64,000 nt of DNA, taken from assembly GCA_964016885.1 (NCBI GenBank), contig OZ024741.1, positions 116,870,001 to 116,934,000 on the forward strand. Direction: 5' to 3'. Of this stretch, positions 41,377 through 55,507 are shown one piece after another. A program made the position numbers and the translations under genes. The notes under the pieces are model-generated. The model had not been told where the DNA came from and searched no databases. It saw nothing but the letters and a program-made list of their open reading frames with translations. The stretch's first letter is position 1, and every line of letters begins with the position of its first letter. The DNA is from Eledone cirrhosa (taxonomy: Eukaryota).

Positions 41377-44205
41377 GAAATACATGTAGACATATAACCG
41401 CTGAAACATATATACAACATACATCATATTTACATTTATATACGACATAGTATGCTTCTATATTTTGTTTTTTGTTTTCTTTCAATTTTAAGTCTGATAC
41501 ACCCTAACCTTTTCCCCTCCCCCATCCTGCTTCCTCCCCCAACAAAGGGTCCCCATCAAATTTAAGTATGCCCACTGGATTCGTATATAGCAGACAAGAG
41601 TCGCTTCTGTTGGTTTTAGGCGATCGGATGTCACTTAACCAACAGACACCGAATCTAAGTCCATCATCAAAACGAAATACACACGATAGTTAAATAAAGT
41701 AAGTTTGAGATTCGGTCTTGGCGTCGTCTTATACAATTACTCAGAGCTCAATCTACCCGTACTGTCATTTTGGACAATTGTCGTAGTCGTTGTTGTTGCT
41801 GTTGCTGTTGCTTTATAGTTATAGCTTTGTCACGAGAAAGGGCAGTATCCATGACTCTTTCTTTCAAGGGTCTTCTAAAGCATGTCGGAGAAGGAAGAGA
41901 GGAAGAAGGTTACCTTAAAACCAGAGATCTGAACTGAATGCATGCTACAGAGTGGACACCGCTAAAGACTCCGTGGGGCCAGGTGTTAGTGCTGAACCGG
42001 GAGACCAATTAAGTCTACCACACAAGATTAAGTTGTCGTCGTTATCGTTGATGATAAAACATTTTAACCGTGATCATCAAGATTATTTTATATACTTTTT
42101 CATGTATAGCGTATCAATATTTGTTGTTATTGTTATTGTTTAACCCCAGATCAAGTCTAACCATATGCTACTATTGGTGTTGTGATTGTTGTTGTCACAG
42201 CCCCAAGAAACGAAAGAATAGACGTTCCAGCTAGGCCATATATTTATTGGAACGGACACAGTGGTCAGGTGATAATATATCACCGAAACAAAATAGCCCT
42301 CGTCTCGGCCCTCTCTATTCCTGAGTCAACCTGGATACTCTCTTCTTACCTTATCTCAATGCCTATTTAGTTGGTTGTCGATGCAGATTGGCCAAATTAG
42401 ATCCAGAGTTCAATCACACTGTGTGCCACTAAGTGTCAGTTACCATAACCTCGGGTCAACCCATCCTTTATTAATGAAATTAGGTAAATGGAAATTGTTT
42501 GTAAACCCGTTTAATGAATTTTACCTGTAATTCAAAGGGCTTGTTTTGTCATACACTGTGTCACGCCGAGTCTCTCTCTCTCTCTCTGATAACTACATTA
42601 AATGCGTAGAGTAGACTCACCCTATCTATGGACACATTAAGTAAGTGGTTTCGTCCAATCCTCTATCCCCCTCTCCTTCTCTCCATGTAATAACTTTACT
42701 CTTACATATTTGGGCGAAATTATAAAAGGAGATTTTAAGTTCAATTCTAATTTTTCTCCCGGTTCCAGGTCGTTCAGAATCGTATTTTGCAAGCATCTTC
42801 CCGCCAATGATTCCATGCATTAAATACATTCTTTTAAATACGATTGATGTGTCGTTAATATAAACAAAATTATACTCTTACAAGGTGTTTATAATCCTGT
42901 TCCATACGCGTGTAATTACATACAAACATATATACATCATATTAATATATTATCACTGCACCTAGTATTGTACAGAATATGTATATTAGTTTTTGTCTAC
43001 GTTGTTATACCATGTTAATTGTATATAGGATAAATACAAATGGCATATTTATTCACTTAGTTCTTATTATTGATGAACCTTGTTTTGATTTGCTTAATTG
43101 TATCCCTTATATCATTACAACGCTAAATGTGTTTGTGGAATGCTCAGACACGTACACGTTAATTTTAAGACAAAAATAGACCTCGAAAACTTTAATCAAA
43201 TCCGCGGAAATTACGGAGTGATATGGATCTGGTTTTTTAGGTGTCGAGTGGTAAGCCACCGCAGATGTGTTCGGTTTAATTCTGGCTCCTGTGTTATATC
43301 TCCACTGGTTCCAACGGTGAATGTTCTAGTTGTTCGGATTGTCTGCTCATGAAATTAACGTGCAAATGGCTGATTATTCCACAAATAGGTGTACCTTAAT
43401 GTAGTTCTCAAGAAAATTCGGCGTAACACAGTGTGTTACAAGGCTCTGCCCTTTTTGCTAGCTGAATCGACTGGAGAAACGTGAAATCGATCTCACGACT
43501 TTATGATAGAAAATTGAACAGCCTCACCACTAAGCCACGCACCTTCACATTTTACTTCTGTAACCAACATATACTCATCTACTACTTAGATATATATACT
43601 TCCTGGATTCCTTGATAGGATCCTCGTCTATTATGGCAGATATTACTGTCTTGTGTTCAACTTCAAGTGGATTCAATCTTTCCGCAGAAAGTACTCAATG
43701 GCCAAACACTCAGAAACGGCAAGAAGGAGCAGTGATGAAGGCCAGATTGCTTACTTTCCAATGCTACAACAAAATCCCCCTTCACAGTTAAAATTTGAGG
43801 AAGTCTATTGAAATGTTCATGACCTTTTATGGGTTTGCACTTGGGACGTTTCCCAGGCCTAGCAAGGTGTTCTGTGAAAGATCAGCAGTCGCCTTTACAT
43901 AAAATCCCTCCACGCCACCGAAATGCAAAGGCTTAGCATTAGTGACGTCGCAGGCAAACCCAGAACACAAAAGATCGAAAGTGGTACTATAAGGTACAAC
44001 GTCCAGCGCTCTAACAATTCCAGCAATACACCACTCTGGATTGATGATCTCGGCGAAATTTGAACTCAGTGTAGAGAACCAGAACAAATAATGCGTTGTA
44101 TTTTAATCCGGCGATATAACGATTCTGTCAATTTGTCTTATCAAATGCTACAGTTGAGACAATAAACTCAATGTATCAGTTTTAAACAATATTTCTACCA
44201 TCGTT

Positions 44206-44246
<41 letters not shown>

Positions 44247-45211
44247 TGACATACACGTTCACACACACACATATATATATATATATATGTGTGTGTGTGT
44301 ATGTCCATCAGTGTGTCTGTGTGTGCGTGTGTGTCTATGTGTGTATGTGTGTGTGTCCATCAGTGTGTCTGTGTCTGCGTGTGTGTCTATGTATGTGTAA
44401 ATGTGTGTGTGTGTCAGTGTGTACATGTGTACGTATGTCTCAAATGTGTACTGTGTATTACCTACGGCAGGGACATGCCACGGAATGGTACCGATAGACT
44501 TAAAGGCAGTAACCAAAAATTTACCTTTGAGCCGAGGTAAAGTTTATTTATGCCTCCCAACAACAACCCCTCCTCAACATAGTTCCATTCCTCGACTCTG
44601 AACCCGACCACCACCACCTATTCGAACACCCTTCACCTGCCTCTACAATTATCCAACGACTTTAGCAACCAAACACACCACAACAACCACTAACGTAGCC
44701 AAATACCAAGTGCCACCTCACAACCCCCACGATCACCACCAGCACCACCACCACCATCACCTTCACCATCACCCACCCCCCATACCACCACCATCACCAC
44801 CACTACCACCACCGCCACTTACACCGTACCACCACAACCAAACACACCACTGCTGCCTGCAGCTACACACACCACACCACCACGAACAAACATAGCAACC
44901 CCAACCGTCACGACCAGAGTCACCCACCCTAACCCCCCACAGAGTTATTTGTTGTTAGTTTTGTAGCATCATATGTCAACATCATTGTTCTCACTTTCCT
45001 GTCAATAGTAGATAAACTTCTTGTAAATATGGTGTGAAGAAGGCGAGGTACTGGACGGCTGGTATTCACCGAGGTGGTAAAGTAAAGACTAACAGACACA
45101 TACATACACTCCAGCAGTGACACACACACACACACACACACAGCCCCCCCCCCCATATATATATACTGTCGTACGCATACACACCGGTTCAGACATGCAC
45201 ACACACACACA

Positions 45212-45250
<39 letters not shown>

Positions 45251-45449
45251 TACACAAGCACATCGACACAGGCACACATACGCACATATTGACATACACA
45301 CACACACACATGCATCTCTCTCTATCATACACAAGCACATCGGCACAGGCACACATACACATACACACATATTGACATACACACGCACACACACACACGC
45401 ACACATAAAAAAAACCTTAAGAGAGACAATATAAATCAATAAATAAGGA

Positions 45450-45633
45450 AATAATAATTGTTTCTACTTTTGGCACAAGGCCAGCAAATTACCCAGTGCA
45501 TTACTGGTACTTTATTTTATCGACCCCGTAAGGATGAAAGGCAAAGTCAACCTCGGCGGGATTTGAACTCAGATCGTAAAGGGACGTAACTATGCTGGAA
45601 AGCATGGCGTCCGACCCTCTACCGATACTGCCA
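45450..45633 (-). mobile_element. tRNA-derived SINE (Deu/Nin-like)
   Basis: Matches the family consensus. Confidence 0.85.
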
Positions 45634-45840
45634 AATAATAATGGAAGAGGGAGTGAGAGAAAGGGGTAGGGGAGAAAGATAGGGAGTGAAAGGGAGGGGG
45701 ACAAAGAGATTTAGAAAGGAGTTGATGGTGGTGGTGATGGTGTTGGTATTAAGTTGAGCGTTGGTTTAATGGTTTGAATATATGAATTGGTGGAAAGAGA
45801 ATGAAATGATATGTGATCCAGAAAATATTAGACGCAAAAT

Positions 45841-46312
<472 letters not shown>

Positions 46313-46511
46313 TCTTTTATATATAACCATTCTCGTTGTTGTGGTAATGCGGCTAGACTGCCGATCGCTATATTTGAGTTGCTAAGCTGTCTAAACGTAT
46401 TGTTATTACTCTGGGGTACTATTCCCTATCGAGTGCTAAAGCTACAGACCGAATTTGCATTCGTTAGCTTGGCCGCGAACTAAAGCTTCGTTAATGCTGT
46501 ACTAAAATTTG

Positions 46512-46529
<18 letters not shown>

Positions 46530-46542
<13 letters not shown>

Positions 46543-47200
46543 GGAAAAAATGAAACGAAATTTAATTTCTCACTCTTAGTACGGTTGTTACTTAAATATA
46601 AGTATGTATACGTACATACATATATGTATACAGACATACAGTAGTATGTATATATATACATACATGCACACACATATATATATGTACGTATGGAATCACC
46701 GAACATTTATGATAATGCTCAGTGTGTTTGTAAACAAACATCTCGAATTAAGCCGTACAGTGTCTAGCAACCATCGTTGCTCATTTGTTCAACACTGACA
46801 AAGGAACGCTGTACTAGTTTCATGCTTATTAGCTATCGTCAGCAATGTATACCTTCCTGCCAGATGATTGAACGTCTGAAAGTATATACTTTCCTTATGC
46901 ATATTAACGGTTGAGCAGCCTAATTTGCATATCGAGTGAGTTAATCGGCCGGGGTACTGAACACGATAAACGGAAAAAATGAAACGAAATTTAATTTCCC
47001 ACTCTTAGTACGGCTGTTACTTAAATATAAGTATGTATACGTACATACATATATGTATACAGACGTACAGTAGTATGTATATATATATATACATACATGC
47101 ACACATATATATGTACGTATGGATTCACCGAACATTTATGGATTCATACGTACATACATATATGTATACAGACGTACAGTAGTATGTATATATATATACA
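46530..47200 (+). mobile_element. Tandem head-to-tail Helitron 5' segments (about 430-bp period)
   Basis: ATAAACGGAAAAAATGAAACGAAATTTAATTT at 46537 and 46966; homologous to 24652-25035. Confidence 0.6.
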
Positions 47201-47205
47201 TACAT

Positions 47206-47301
<96 letters not shown>

Positions 47302-47430
47302 GAGTGTGTGTGTGTGTATGTGTGTGAGTGTGTATGTGCGCGTGTGTGAGCTTGAGAGAGATGGAGCAATGAAGAAGATCCCTTTTTCACCTTTCTCTCC
47401 ACCACTTTTCTTTGTATACACACACACACA

Positions 47431-47470
<40 letters not shown>

Positions 47471-47821
47471 TATGTAGACCTCAAAATGGACATGAAGATT
47501 TATGTGTGTTTTCATATATACAGGGTATCCCTCTAAAATGTATACATACTTCAACAGCATTGTTTGTATACATTGTATATATGAATATATATATATATTA
47601 TATTATATTATATTAAAATTAAATGAGAAAAAACTCTAATCCTGGGAGTACTGTTTGTAATGTTTGTACTCCCAGAATTATTCATATATATAATGTTTGT
47701 CCCCCAAAAATGTATACAAACTTTGATTAGAATGGTGTTGAAATATGTATACATTTTAATATTGCTTTTCTGAGAGATTTCTCTCATTGAGATGTTTAAG
47801 TATTAGAGACTAATTACCCAG

Positions 47822-47873
<52 letters not shown>

Positions 47874-48444
47874 TATTAACTTAGACATGGCCTGGACCAA
47901 TACTGGCCGAAACATATCAAAGTTATCAAAGTTATATATATATATATATATACGGGGTAACAGATTATTGTTATAGGTAGTCCACTTAGGTGTAGTCCAG
48001 TTAGAGTACTCCGGGTAGTGGATGATATCAACGCTTGGCTAAGTTTGACTCAACAAGTCGTTTCCATAGTGATGCTGCGAGTACGCGGTAATTTCTATGT
48101 TGTTAACACTTGGAGTAATGATAAATCAGGAAAGAAGAGTGACACGGTTTGCTATATATATATATATCATAAAACATGTCTATAGAATCATCAGATAAAA
48201 TATATACCGTTTCCTCTCCCAATTAGCATAATTAACCATATAAAAAATCAATTAGATCAAGCTATAAGAATAAAGGCTTCTATGAAGATATCTCCGACAA
48301 ATAATCGAAAGCAGCCCCTTCGCGGCGGTTACGACGGAGTATTTATCGAATATTTCGACAGCATGTATAAATCGACCAGATATACAGTCAACTAAACAGA
48401 ATTAGGTGTAAAATAAACCAGAAGAAAAGTGTACATATTTAATT

Positions 48445-48523
48445 ACCTCTACCATGGTTTCGTCCGCATTTTAAGACATCCGATAACATGGGATATCTAG
48501 AGCTTCGGATTCTTCAGGAGTTA
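48445..48523 (-). ncRNA. Hammerhead ribozyme, family C
   Basis: Minus: CTC-CTGAAGA-aTCCG...CGGAc-GAAA-CCATGG-TA-GAG; ACCATGGT palindrome, GUA triplet, A.C mismatch closing stem II. Confidence 0.65.
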
Positions 48524-48864
48524 GCTCAAATTTAGACAATTAATTTTTCAAAGTGATCGCGCAAGAATACATTCAAAAATGGCTAAGAATCGTGACGTGG
48601 CAGCGGTCAAGTTAGAAAGGATGTGATTAGTTGCTTACGGCTGGTAGGCTTTTTGCTAGAAAGCGCAGCCCAATACAGCCAAATTGTATCTCAACCTAAC
48701 CGGAGATTATTACATATAAAGGTTTACATATATATATATAAAGTCATGTGTTTTGCAACGGGTTGAGCCACAACGTGACCCGTTGCAAAACACATATATA
48801 TCTATGACTTTATATATATATATATATATATATGTAAATCTTTATATATATATATATATATAGA

Positions 48865-48947
48865 ACCTTCTGACGAGAATCTTTCTTTGCAACGAAGGCC
48901 GTATGGTCTCCGTTTATTTTTGGGATTCGAAACCGATCGGTAAAGGT
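48865..48947 (+). ncRNA. Type-I hammerhead ribozyme, canonical core
   Basis: ACCTT-CTGACGA-GAATCTT...GGGATTC-GAAA-CCGATCGG-TA-AAGGT; ACCGATCGGT palindrome, GUA triplet, G-C closing stem II. Confidence 0.85.
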
Positions 48948-49014
48948 AACTATAGTAGGTAAAGTCAATTTTTTAAAATTTATTTTGAAACTTTTTCATT
49001 ATTTGCTAAACCTT

Positions 49015-49048
<34 letters not shown>

Positions 49049-49050
<2 letters not shown>

Positions 49051-49180
49051 CGGCCCTTTATGGTCTGAGTTCAAATCCGCCGAGGTTAACGTTGCCTTTC
49101 ATCCTTACGGGGTCAATAAAATAAAGTACCAGTAATACACTGAGATAATTGCTGGCCTTGTGCCAAAAATAGAAACAAAT
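49049..49180 (+). mobile_element. tRNA-derived SINE (Deu/Nin-like), 5'-truncated
   Basis: Matches the consensus from the B box onward. Confidence 0.8.
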
Positions 49181-50429
49181 ATTTATACACGATGGAGATT
49201 TTATTATAAATTATATTTGACATTATATAAGCCTTGATTCGAGGGGTAATTAGCTACTATTCCTAGCAAGTATAGCGAAGACACACAGACTCCCGTTTTG
49301 AGTCTTTACTGTCAATCTTGTTGATGTGGTGCTTGTTGATGTTGCAGTTGTTATTCTTCGTTTTGCTGTTGTTTATGTGATGGTGATGGTGGTAGCGGTG
49401 GTGGTAGCGGTGGTGGTAGTGGAGGTGGTTATGGCAGTGGTGGTGGTGGTGGTGGTTGTGGTAGCGGTGGTAGTTCGATTGAAACGAGACCAAAAGTGCA
49501 AGAAAGTTAAAAAAGAGCGTTAAGAAATATTAAGAATGCAGCCCAGTTGTTAAAATCAATAGTTTTTTTTTTCATTGTTTACAATTTATTACATGTTTTA
49601 TTATGTTTTTATAGCCCCCCCCCCCACCAAAAAACAACAACAACAACAACAAACAACAACAAACACACAAAAAATAAACAAATATATGCAAAGGTTAGCT
49701 AAACAAATAGACAGCTATTTGTTAGACATGTTATTTTTTCTTTTTGTTGATTGTTTTATGTTTTTCATTTCATTTCAGTTTAAACAACGACAAAACCTAC
49801 AGACAACGACGACGACACCTGGATCAAAACTGTCGCTAATTTTCTGCCATTGGAATTAAGTGGCTTGGAAAAATAAGTCTAAATACAAGCTAATGTATCT
49901 ACTAAATTCTCTAAGGTTCAACCAAATACAAGATTTAGCCAAATAAAAACAACAATAATATATATATATACACACACATATATATATATAAAATAAAGTG
50001 AACTATTTTCCCACCGTGTAAATGATGTCCATTTAGTTAGCTAACAGTTGAGTTCTTCTATTTACTTGTTTGTTCTATTTATCTATTTACTTATAAATTT
50101 ATTTATTTAATTATTTTCGCCTAAAAATACGTTTTTGTTTTCGTCTTTCACTTTTTAACTGTTGACTTCATTTTTATTTTTTAACTTACTGTTTAACTGC
50201 TGATTATATTGACCCTAGTATTTAACTGGTACTTTATTTTATTGACCCAGGAACAATGAAAAGTAATAAAATACAGAACTAATAAAGTATTGGGGTCGAT
50301 ATAATTGATCCTCACTTCTCCACAAAATTATTGGCCTTGTGTTAGATAGAATGGTTTAAATTGAAACAGTTTTCATCAGTTTTAAATATATTTACTTAAA
50401 AAAGGATAAAATGATATTTTAACCTTCAA

Positions 50430-50880
50430 TGATTTCTAATCTAGGCATACGGCTTGTAATTAGTGGGGTGGAGAAAGTCGCTTACATTGATCCTTGTATT
50501 TCACTGGTACTTTATTCTATCGAACCCGGAAAGATTATAGGCACAATAAAGATCGACAGGATTTGAAATCAGAATGTAAAGAACAGGAGCAAATGCCACA
50601 AAGCTCTATCTAACGCTTTAACGATTCTGCCAATCCACCGCCTTTACACTAATTTTAATAATTGTTTCTACTTTTAGGTGCAAGGCCAGCAATTTGAAGG
50701 GGAGGGGAAAGTTGATTAAATCGATCTCAGTGCATTACTGGTGCTTTATTTTATCGACCCCGTAAGTATGAAATGCAAAGCCGACCTCGGCGGGATTTGA
50801 GCTCAGAACGTAAAGGGCTGTACTCTATGCTTGAAGCATGGTGTCCAACGATCTTCCGATACTGCCAATTCCCTGCCCTT
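50430..50880 (-). mobile_element. Two adjacent Deu/Nin-like SINEs (one older and degenerate)
   Basis: CTGGTACTTTATT.TATCGA.CCC and GGATTTGA.. TCAGAA motifs occur twice. Confidence 0.7.
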
Positions 50881-51089
50881 ACAGTAATTTTAATAATGAA
50901 ACCACGTAATTGATTTATCTTTCTAAACAAATAGGAATAGAAAAAAAATTATTCGTTTTCTTGTTGTTGTTATTGTTGTTTAGTCTTCATATGATTGATG
51001 TCATTCGATATTTATAGAGGTTTCTGGAATTACATTAGCTAATGTGTCTTTTTCTTTGCGAAAAGAGAAATGGCCCTTGATTAATTGGC

Positions 51090-51600
51090 ATAAATCACTC
51101 ATAGACATACTTCAGCCACTGGCTCACAGACGTGTTGTTTCCTCTCTCTGCTTTGTCTACTGCTACTCTAATGGTCTCTATTCCCCGAATCTGGCTATTC
51201 TCTTGCCACCTCCACTCAGGCACTCTCAATCTATTCGCTTCTCCTATTCTCATCCATGCTGGATTAAACATTAAACAAAATAAGCATATGCTTAAGTCAT
51301 CAAAGAAAGAGGGATGCCATTATATTCAAATTAAATGAATTTGTCATTCACCCTCAAAATGGTTTTGGCAGATTTTATATATAGTGGGTGACGGATAATC
51401 TTCTAAGTGTTTAGGGCCTCAAAAGAACTTGATCCGGCGCTGTTCTCACCTCCTATACTGTTTACAACCTCCCAGATGTTACAATAAACATAAAGCTCAG
51501 TCCTCCCTGCCCAGAACTCCAGAACTCTGGAATTTCCTCCTTGTTCATGTCTTTCTTATAGGCGTCGACTTAGCGGAACATCAGCGACATAAATCTCCCC
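51090..51600 (+). pseudogene. Decayed CR1/Jockey-group LINE 3' end
   Basis: LQPLAHRRVVSSLCFVY and SSLPRTPELWNFL resemble the post-RT motifs L..RR..SL..FY and SF.PRT..LWN.L. Confidence 0.6.
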
Positions 51601-53004
51601 ACTCTTGTGAAGACTACGAAGGTAATGAGTACCGTTTCTTCCAACAAACATGGCGCACAAAAAAAGAAAAAAAATGTATGTGATTCGAGAGATTTCTAAC
51701 TGCTTTTTCTAGCGAAAAGATTCAACAGTACAGTTTGTTCCTTACATTTATTTGGTATGAGATTTAACGTGTGTTGAGTCTTACGTTTTTGTAGTCTCAT
51801 TTATAATCTATCAGGCACGTACGATATTGTTATTCTCAATTTGATTACACGGTATAGTTAATAATATCAAACTATTTCATTTTTTAAATCTTAGATCTGG
51901 TCTATGATAACATACATTTTATAGAAATTAAGGTTTGGGGAAGATAGTTAACAAACACTTTGTTAATTATTGATATCTTTATAGTATAACTCGGGTAAAG
52001 GCAACGGATGAGTCGCGGATCACAAGCGGGCCATTAAGATGTTCTTTGGTGGTCTCAAACCTTTGTAAATATTTCATATGCAAAATAATATATACAAAGG
52101 GCAAAGACAAAACTAAAAGTTATTTTTAAAAATATCAAACGTGAGCCATGGCAAAAAAAAAAGATGGAGAAATATACACAAACACGAGTAATACAGGGGG
52201 TATGTATGTATGTATGTATGTATGTATGTATGGTCCAGTAACTCTTGATGGAGTTGTAGGGACGTCATTGGCGAATCTGGCCTTTAAGAAAGGCCAGATT
52301 CGCCAATGACGAGGGTATTTTAAGCCTGGCGGAATCCATCCCCCTCCGGGTCTAATACTGGGTAAGCCTATATAAAACACGTATTTCATCTGACATATTT
52401 TGAGCCAACCTGGGAGACGCTGTGTAGTCTTTTAAGCAGCTACAAAAAGCAGTCAATTCCAATTCCTTGAACCACACTTAAAAAATGAAGAACATACTGG
52501 ACAATGTAGTTCATGATATACAACAATAAAATAAAAATAGGATGGTCATGACTGGAATGCCTTCTATTATAGATCTGTTGACCTGATACTATGCCGCAAC
52601 AACATATTTTATCTGGTATATCAGAGGGAGAGTTGGTACTACAATTGACTCTAGTTGCTTTATTTCATCAATATAATTCGTATTAATGATTAGTTTATTT
52701 AATACATAACAATATAAAATTTGTGAAGGCAGATTACTTAGTGGTTAGAAAGTTTGATTCGTAATCGTTTGGTTGCGAGCTCGATTCCCGGACTAGGCGA
52801 TGCGATATGTTTTTGAACAAGAGACTTTATTTCACGTTGCTCTTTCTGTCAGGTGTTGCGAACGGTAGATAGTATCAGCAATGAAAGGACCAATGGAAAC
52901 ATTGTTTCCTTGGTCCGATTTGACGAGTTTCACCTCCACTCGGTAAGCGAATGAGGTCTGAGATCTTGTTGATCGATTCCTTTAATCCTTTTTATAAAAT
53001 AAAT

Positions 53005-53220
53005 TACGAGCCTTTGAAATGAGAGCACATAGAAAACATTTACAAATATCATGGACAAAACACAAAAGCAATGAAGTATTAAAAATAGCAAAAACTTAGA
53101 ACATTTTATCAGACACCATAAAAGAGAAAAAACTAAAATCGAGACTCACGTTGATGGATAATATAAAATATTGGACAGAATTAAATTACATTGAATATGT
53201 GAAGGCAGCACAAGAAATAC
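53005..53220 (+). pseudogene. RTE LINE post-RT fragment
   Basis: AFEMRAHRKHLQISWTKHKSNEVL and MDNIKYWT motifs. Confidence 0.65.
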
Positions 53221-53301
53221 ACACACACATATATACATACATACACACGCACTTACACATACACACACACATATATATACACACATATATGTATATACAT
53301 A

Positions 53302-53348
<47 letters not shown>

Positions 53349-53361
53349 CTGTGTATGCATG

Positions 53362-53394
<33 letters not shown>

Positions 53395-53892
53395 ATGTAT
53401 ATATATACATATATATATATATATATAAATAAATAAATATATGCAACTCGGTGGTTGCAACTCGATTTCGAGTGATGCCATCGCTTAAGTATGAACATCA
53501 CGGACGTGGCTTTTTAGTCCTGCTAGGGATTTTCCTATGGTCAGCAATGTCATGCATCGCAAAAAGATGTCACATATCGGCGATACTGTGCTTGAAGCTT
53601 TTTTAAAGTGAGAAATGGCTTTGCACGGAGTCAATCTCATTCTCTGAACATCGAATGCATTTGCTCGAAAAGAAGAACCAGTCTACAACATTGGATGCAA
53701 ACTAAGTCGCAGGTTTTATATCAGAGTGACCTTCTCCTAGAGAGATGTTTTAATGAAGACTAGGAGTCTCTCACCCCACAAAAAGAAAAAGAAAAAGAAA
53801 AAGAAAAAGAAAAAGAAAAAGAAAAAGAAAAAGAAAAACAGAAAATCAAAAAAAAATTTATTGGATGGCTGTTGACTCTCCTGAGTTCATCC

Positions 53893-53982
<90 letters not shown>

Positions 53983-53989
<7 letters not shown>

Positions 53990-54330
53990 TGCCTCCTCGA
54001 TATCGAAGATGGCCATTGCACGATATACCATTATTAATAATTATTAATTAATTCTATCGAGCAATGCCTGTGCGTGAACATATTTTTTAAAGGGAGGAAA
54101 AACTGTGCACTGAGCCAATCCCACTCTCTGAGCGACAGTAGCTATAACCCGAAAAGAAGAAAAGATCAACATCATCGGTAACTACTGAGCCGCAGCTTTT
54201 ATATCGGAGTTATCCCAGTTTCCTGAGTTGCCTTCTCCTAGAAGAATGCCCTGACAAAGGCTAGGAGTCCTTCACTCCCAGTGGTTTGACCGCGCGATCG
54301 GGTGTCCAGCCCGACTATTTCTATGTCCCC
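53983..54330 (-). mobile_element. RTE-related bipartite element subfamily 2
   Basis: Reverse complement of 10223-10557. Confidence 0.75.
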
Positions 54331-54469
54331 GCGCATATACACACACATGCACCCATGTATATATACATATACATACATATGTACATGTGTATATACATCT
54401 TATGAGTTCTTCCGCCCTTTGTCAGGTTTTGTTTTTTTTCCTGCAGGGTGTCCAAAATCACCCTCCTCA

Positions 54470-54502
<33 letters not shown>

Positions 54503-54503
<1 letters not shown>

Positions 54504-54940
54504 GGTGGCTGCCAACTCGTTTTCGAGTATGGCCACTACCTTATATCCATGCAGGAGAACCCCTACCGATGTGCTGAACGAGTGTGGCTTTTTAGTCCAG
54601 CCAGCGACTTGAAAACTCTGGTACAAACACTACACTTGTGACAATTATTGACACCTAGTGCTGGGCCCATGGTACCATGTGACCCAAGGTATCGTGTGAG
54701 ATCACTACTCGACCTGCATACCCTTCCACAAACATTACATGTCGTCGTCTGATGAACACTTATAGCTCCACAGGTGCCTGCTTCCCTGTTATTGTGCACT
54801 CTCAGGTGACTCTTTAGACCTGCCATGCTCAGACAAACCCTATTACAGGTCAGGCCGTCTGTCAGTGCCTTCGGGAAGGCCAACATGGATTCCTTTCCGG
54901 ACATCTCTTTTTAGTGTCGCGTGCCTTCTTCTTGTTTCCT
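54503..54940 (-). mobile_element. 3' end of an RTE LINE encoding tandem C2H2 zinc fingers; shorter copy at 54972-55113
   Basis: ORF 54563..54904: [48 protein letters not shown]; same 3' hairpin GGCCATACTCGAAAACGAGTTGGCAGCCACC. Confidence 0.75.
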
Positions 54941-55443
54941 CATATACATACATACATACATACATACATACATACATACATACATACATACATGGTGGCT
55001 GCCAACTCGTTTTCGAGTACGGCCACTACTTTATATCCATGTAGGAGAACCCTTACCGATGCGCTGAACGAGTGTGACTTTTTAGTCCAGCCAGCGACTT
55101 GAAAACTCTGGTACATACATACATACATACATACATACATACATACATACATACATACATACATACATACATACATACATACATACAAATATACTCGAAA
55201 TTAAGAGAAAGAGATAATACATACATATATGTATACATACACGAATTCCTCTTTAGATTACGAATGAACATGAGTTTTGCACCAAGAAAGTTCCCTTTCG
55301 TGATACAAGCCCAACAATTACCCCTGCATATCGGTCTCTCCTCTTAACACCACCGATGTTGTCCAAAGGCAAAGACCGATATAACGTGGCACCAGTGAAG
55401 TCGCAAATCACTTTGTTCCAACTGGAGCTATGTGAAAAAAATG

Positions 55444-55507
<64 letters not shown>

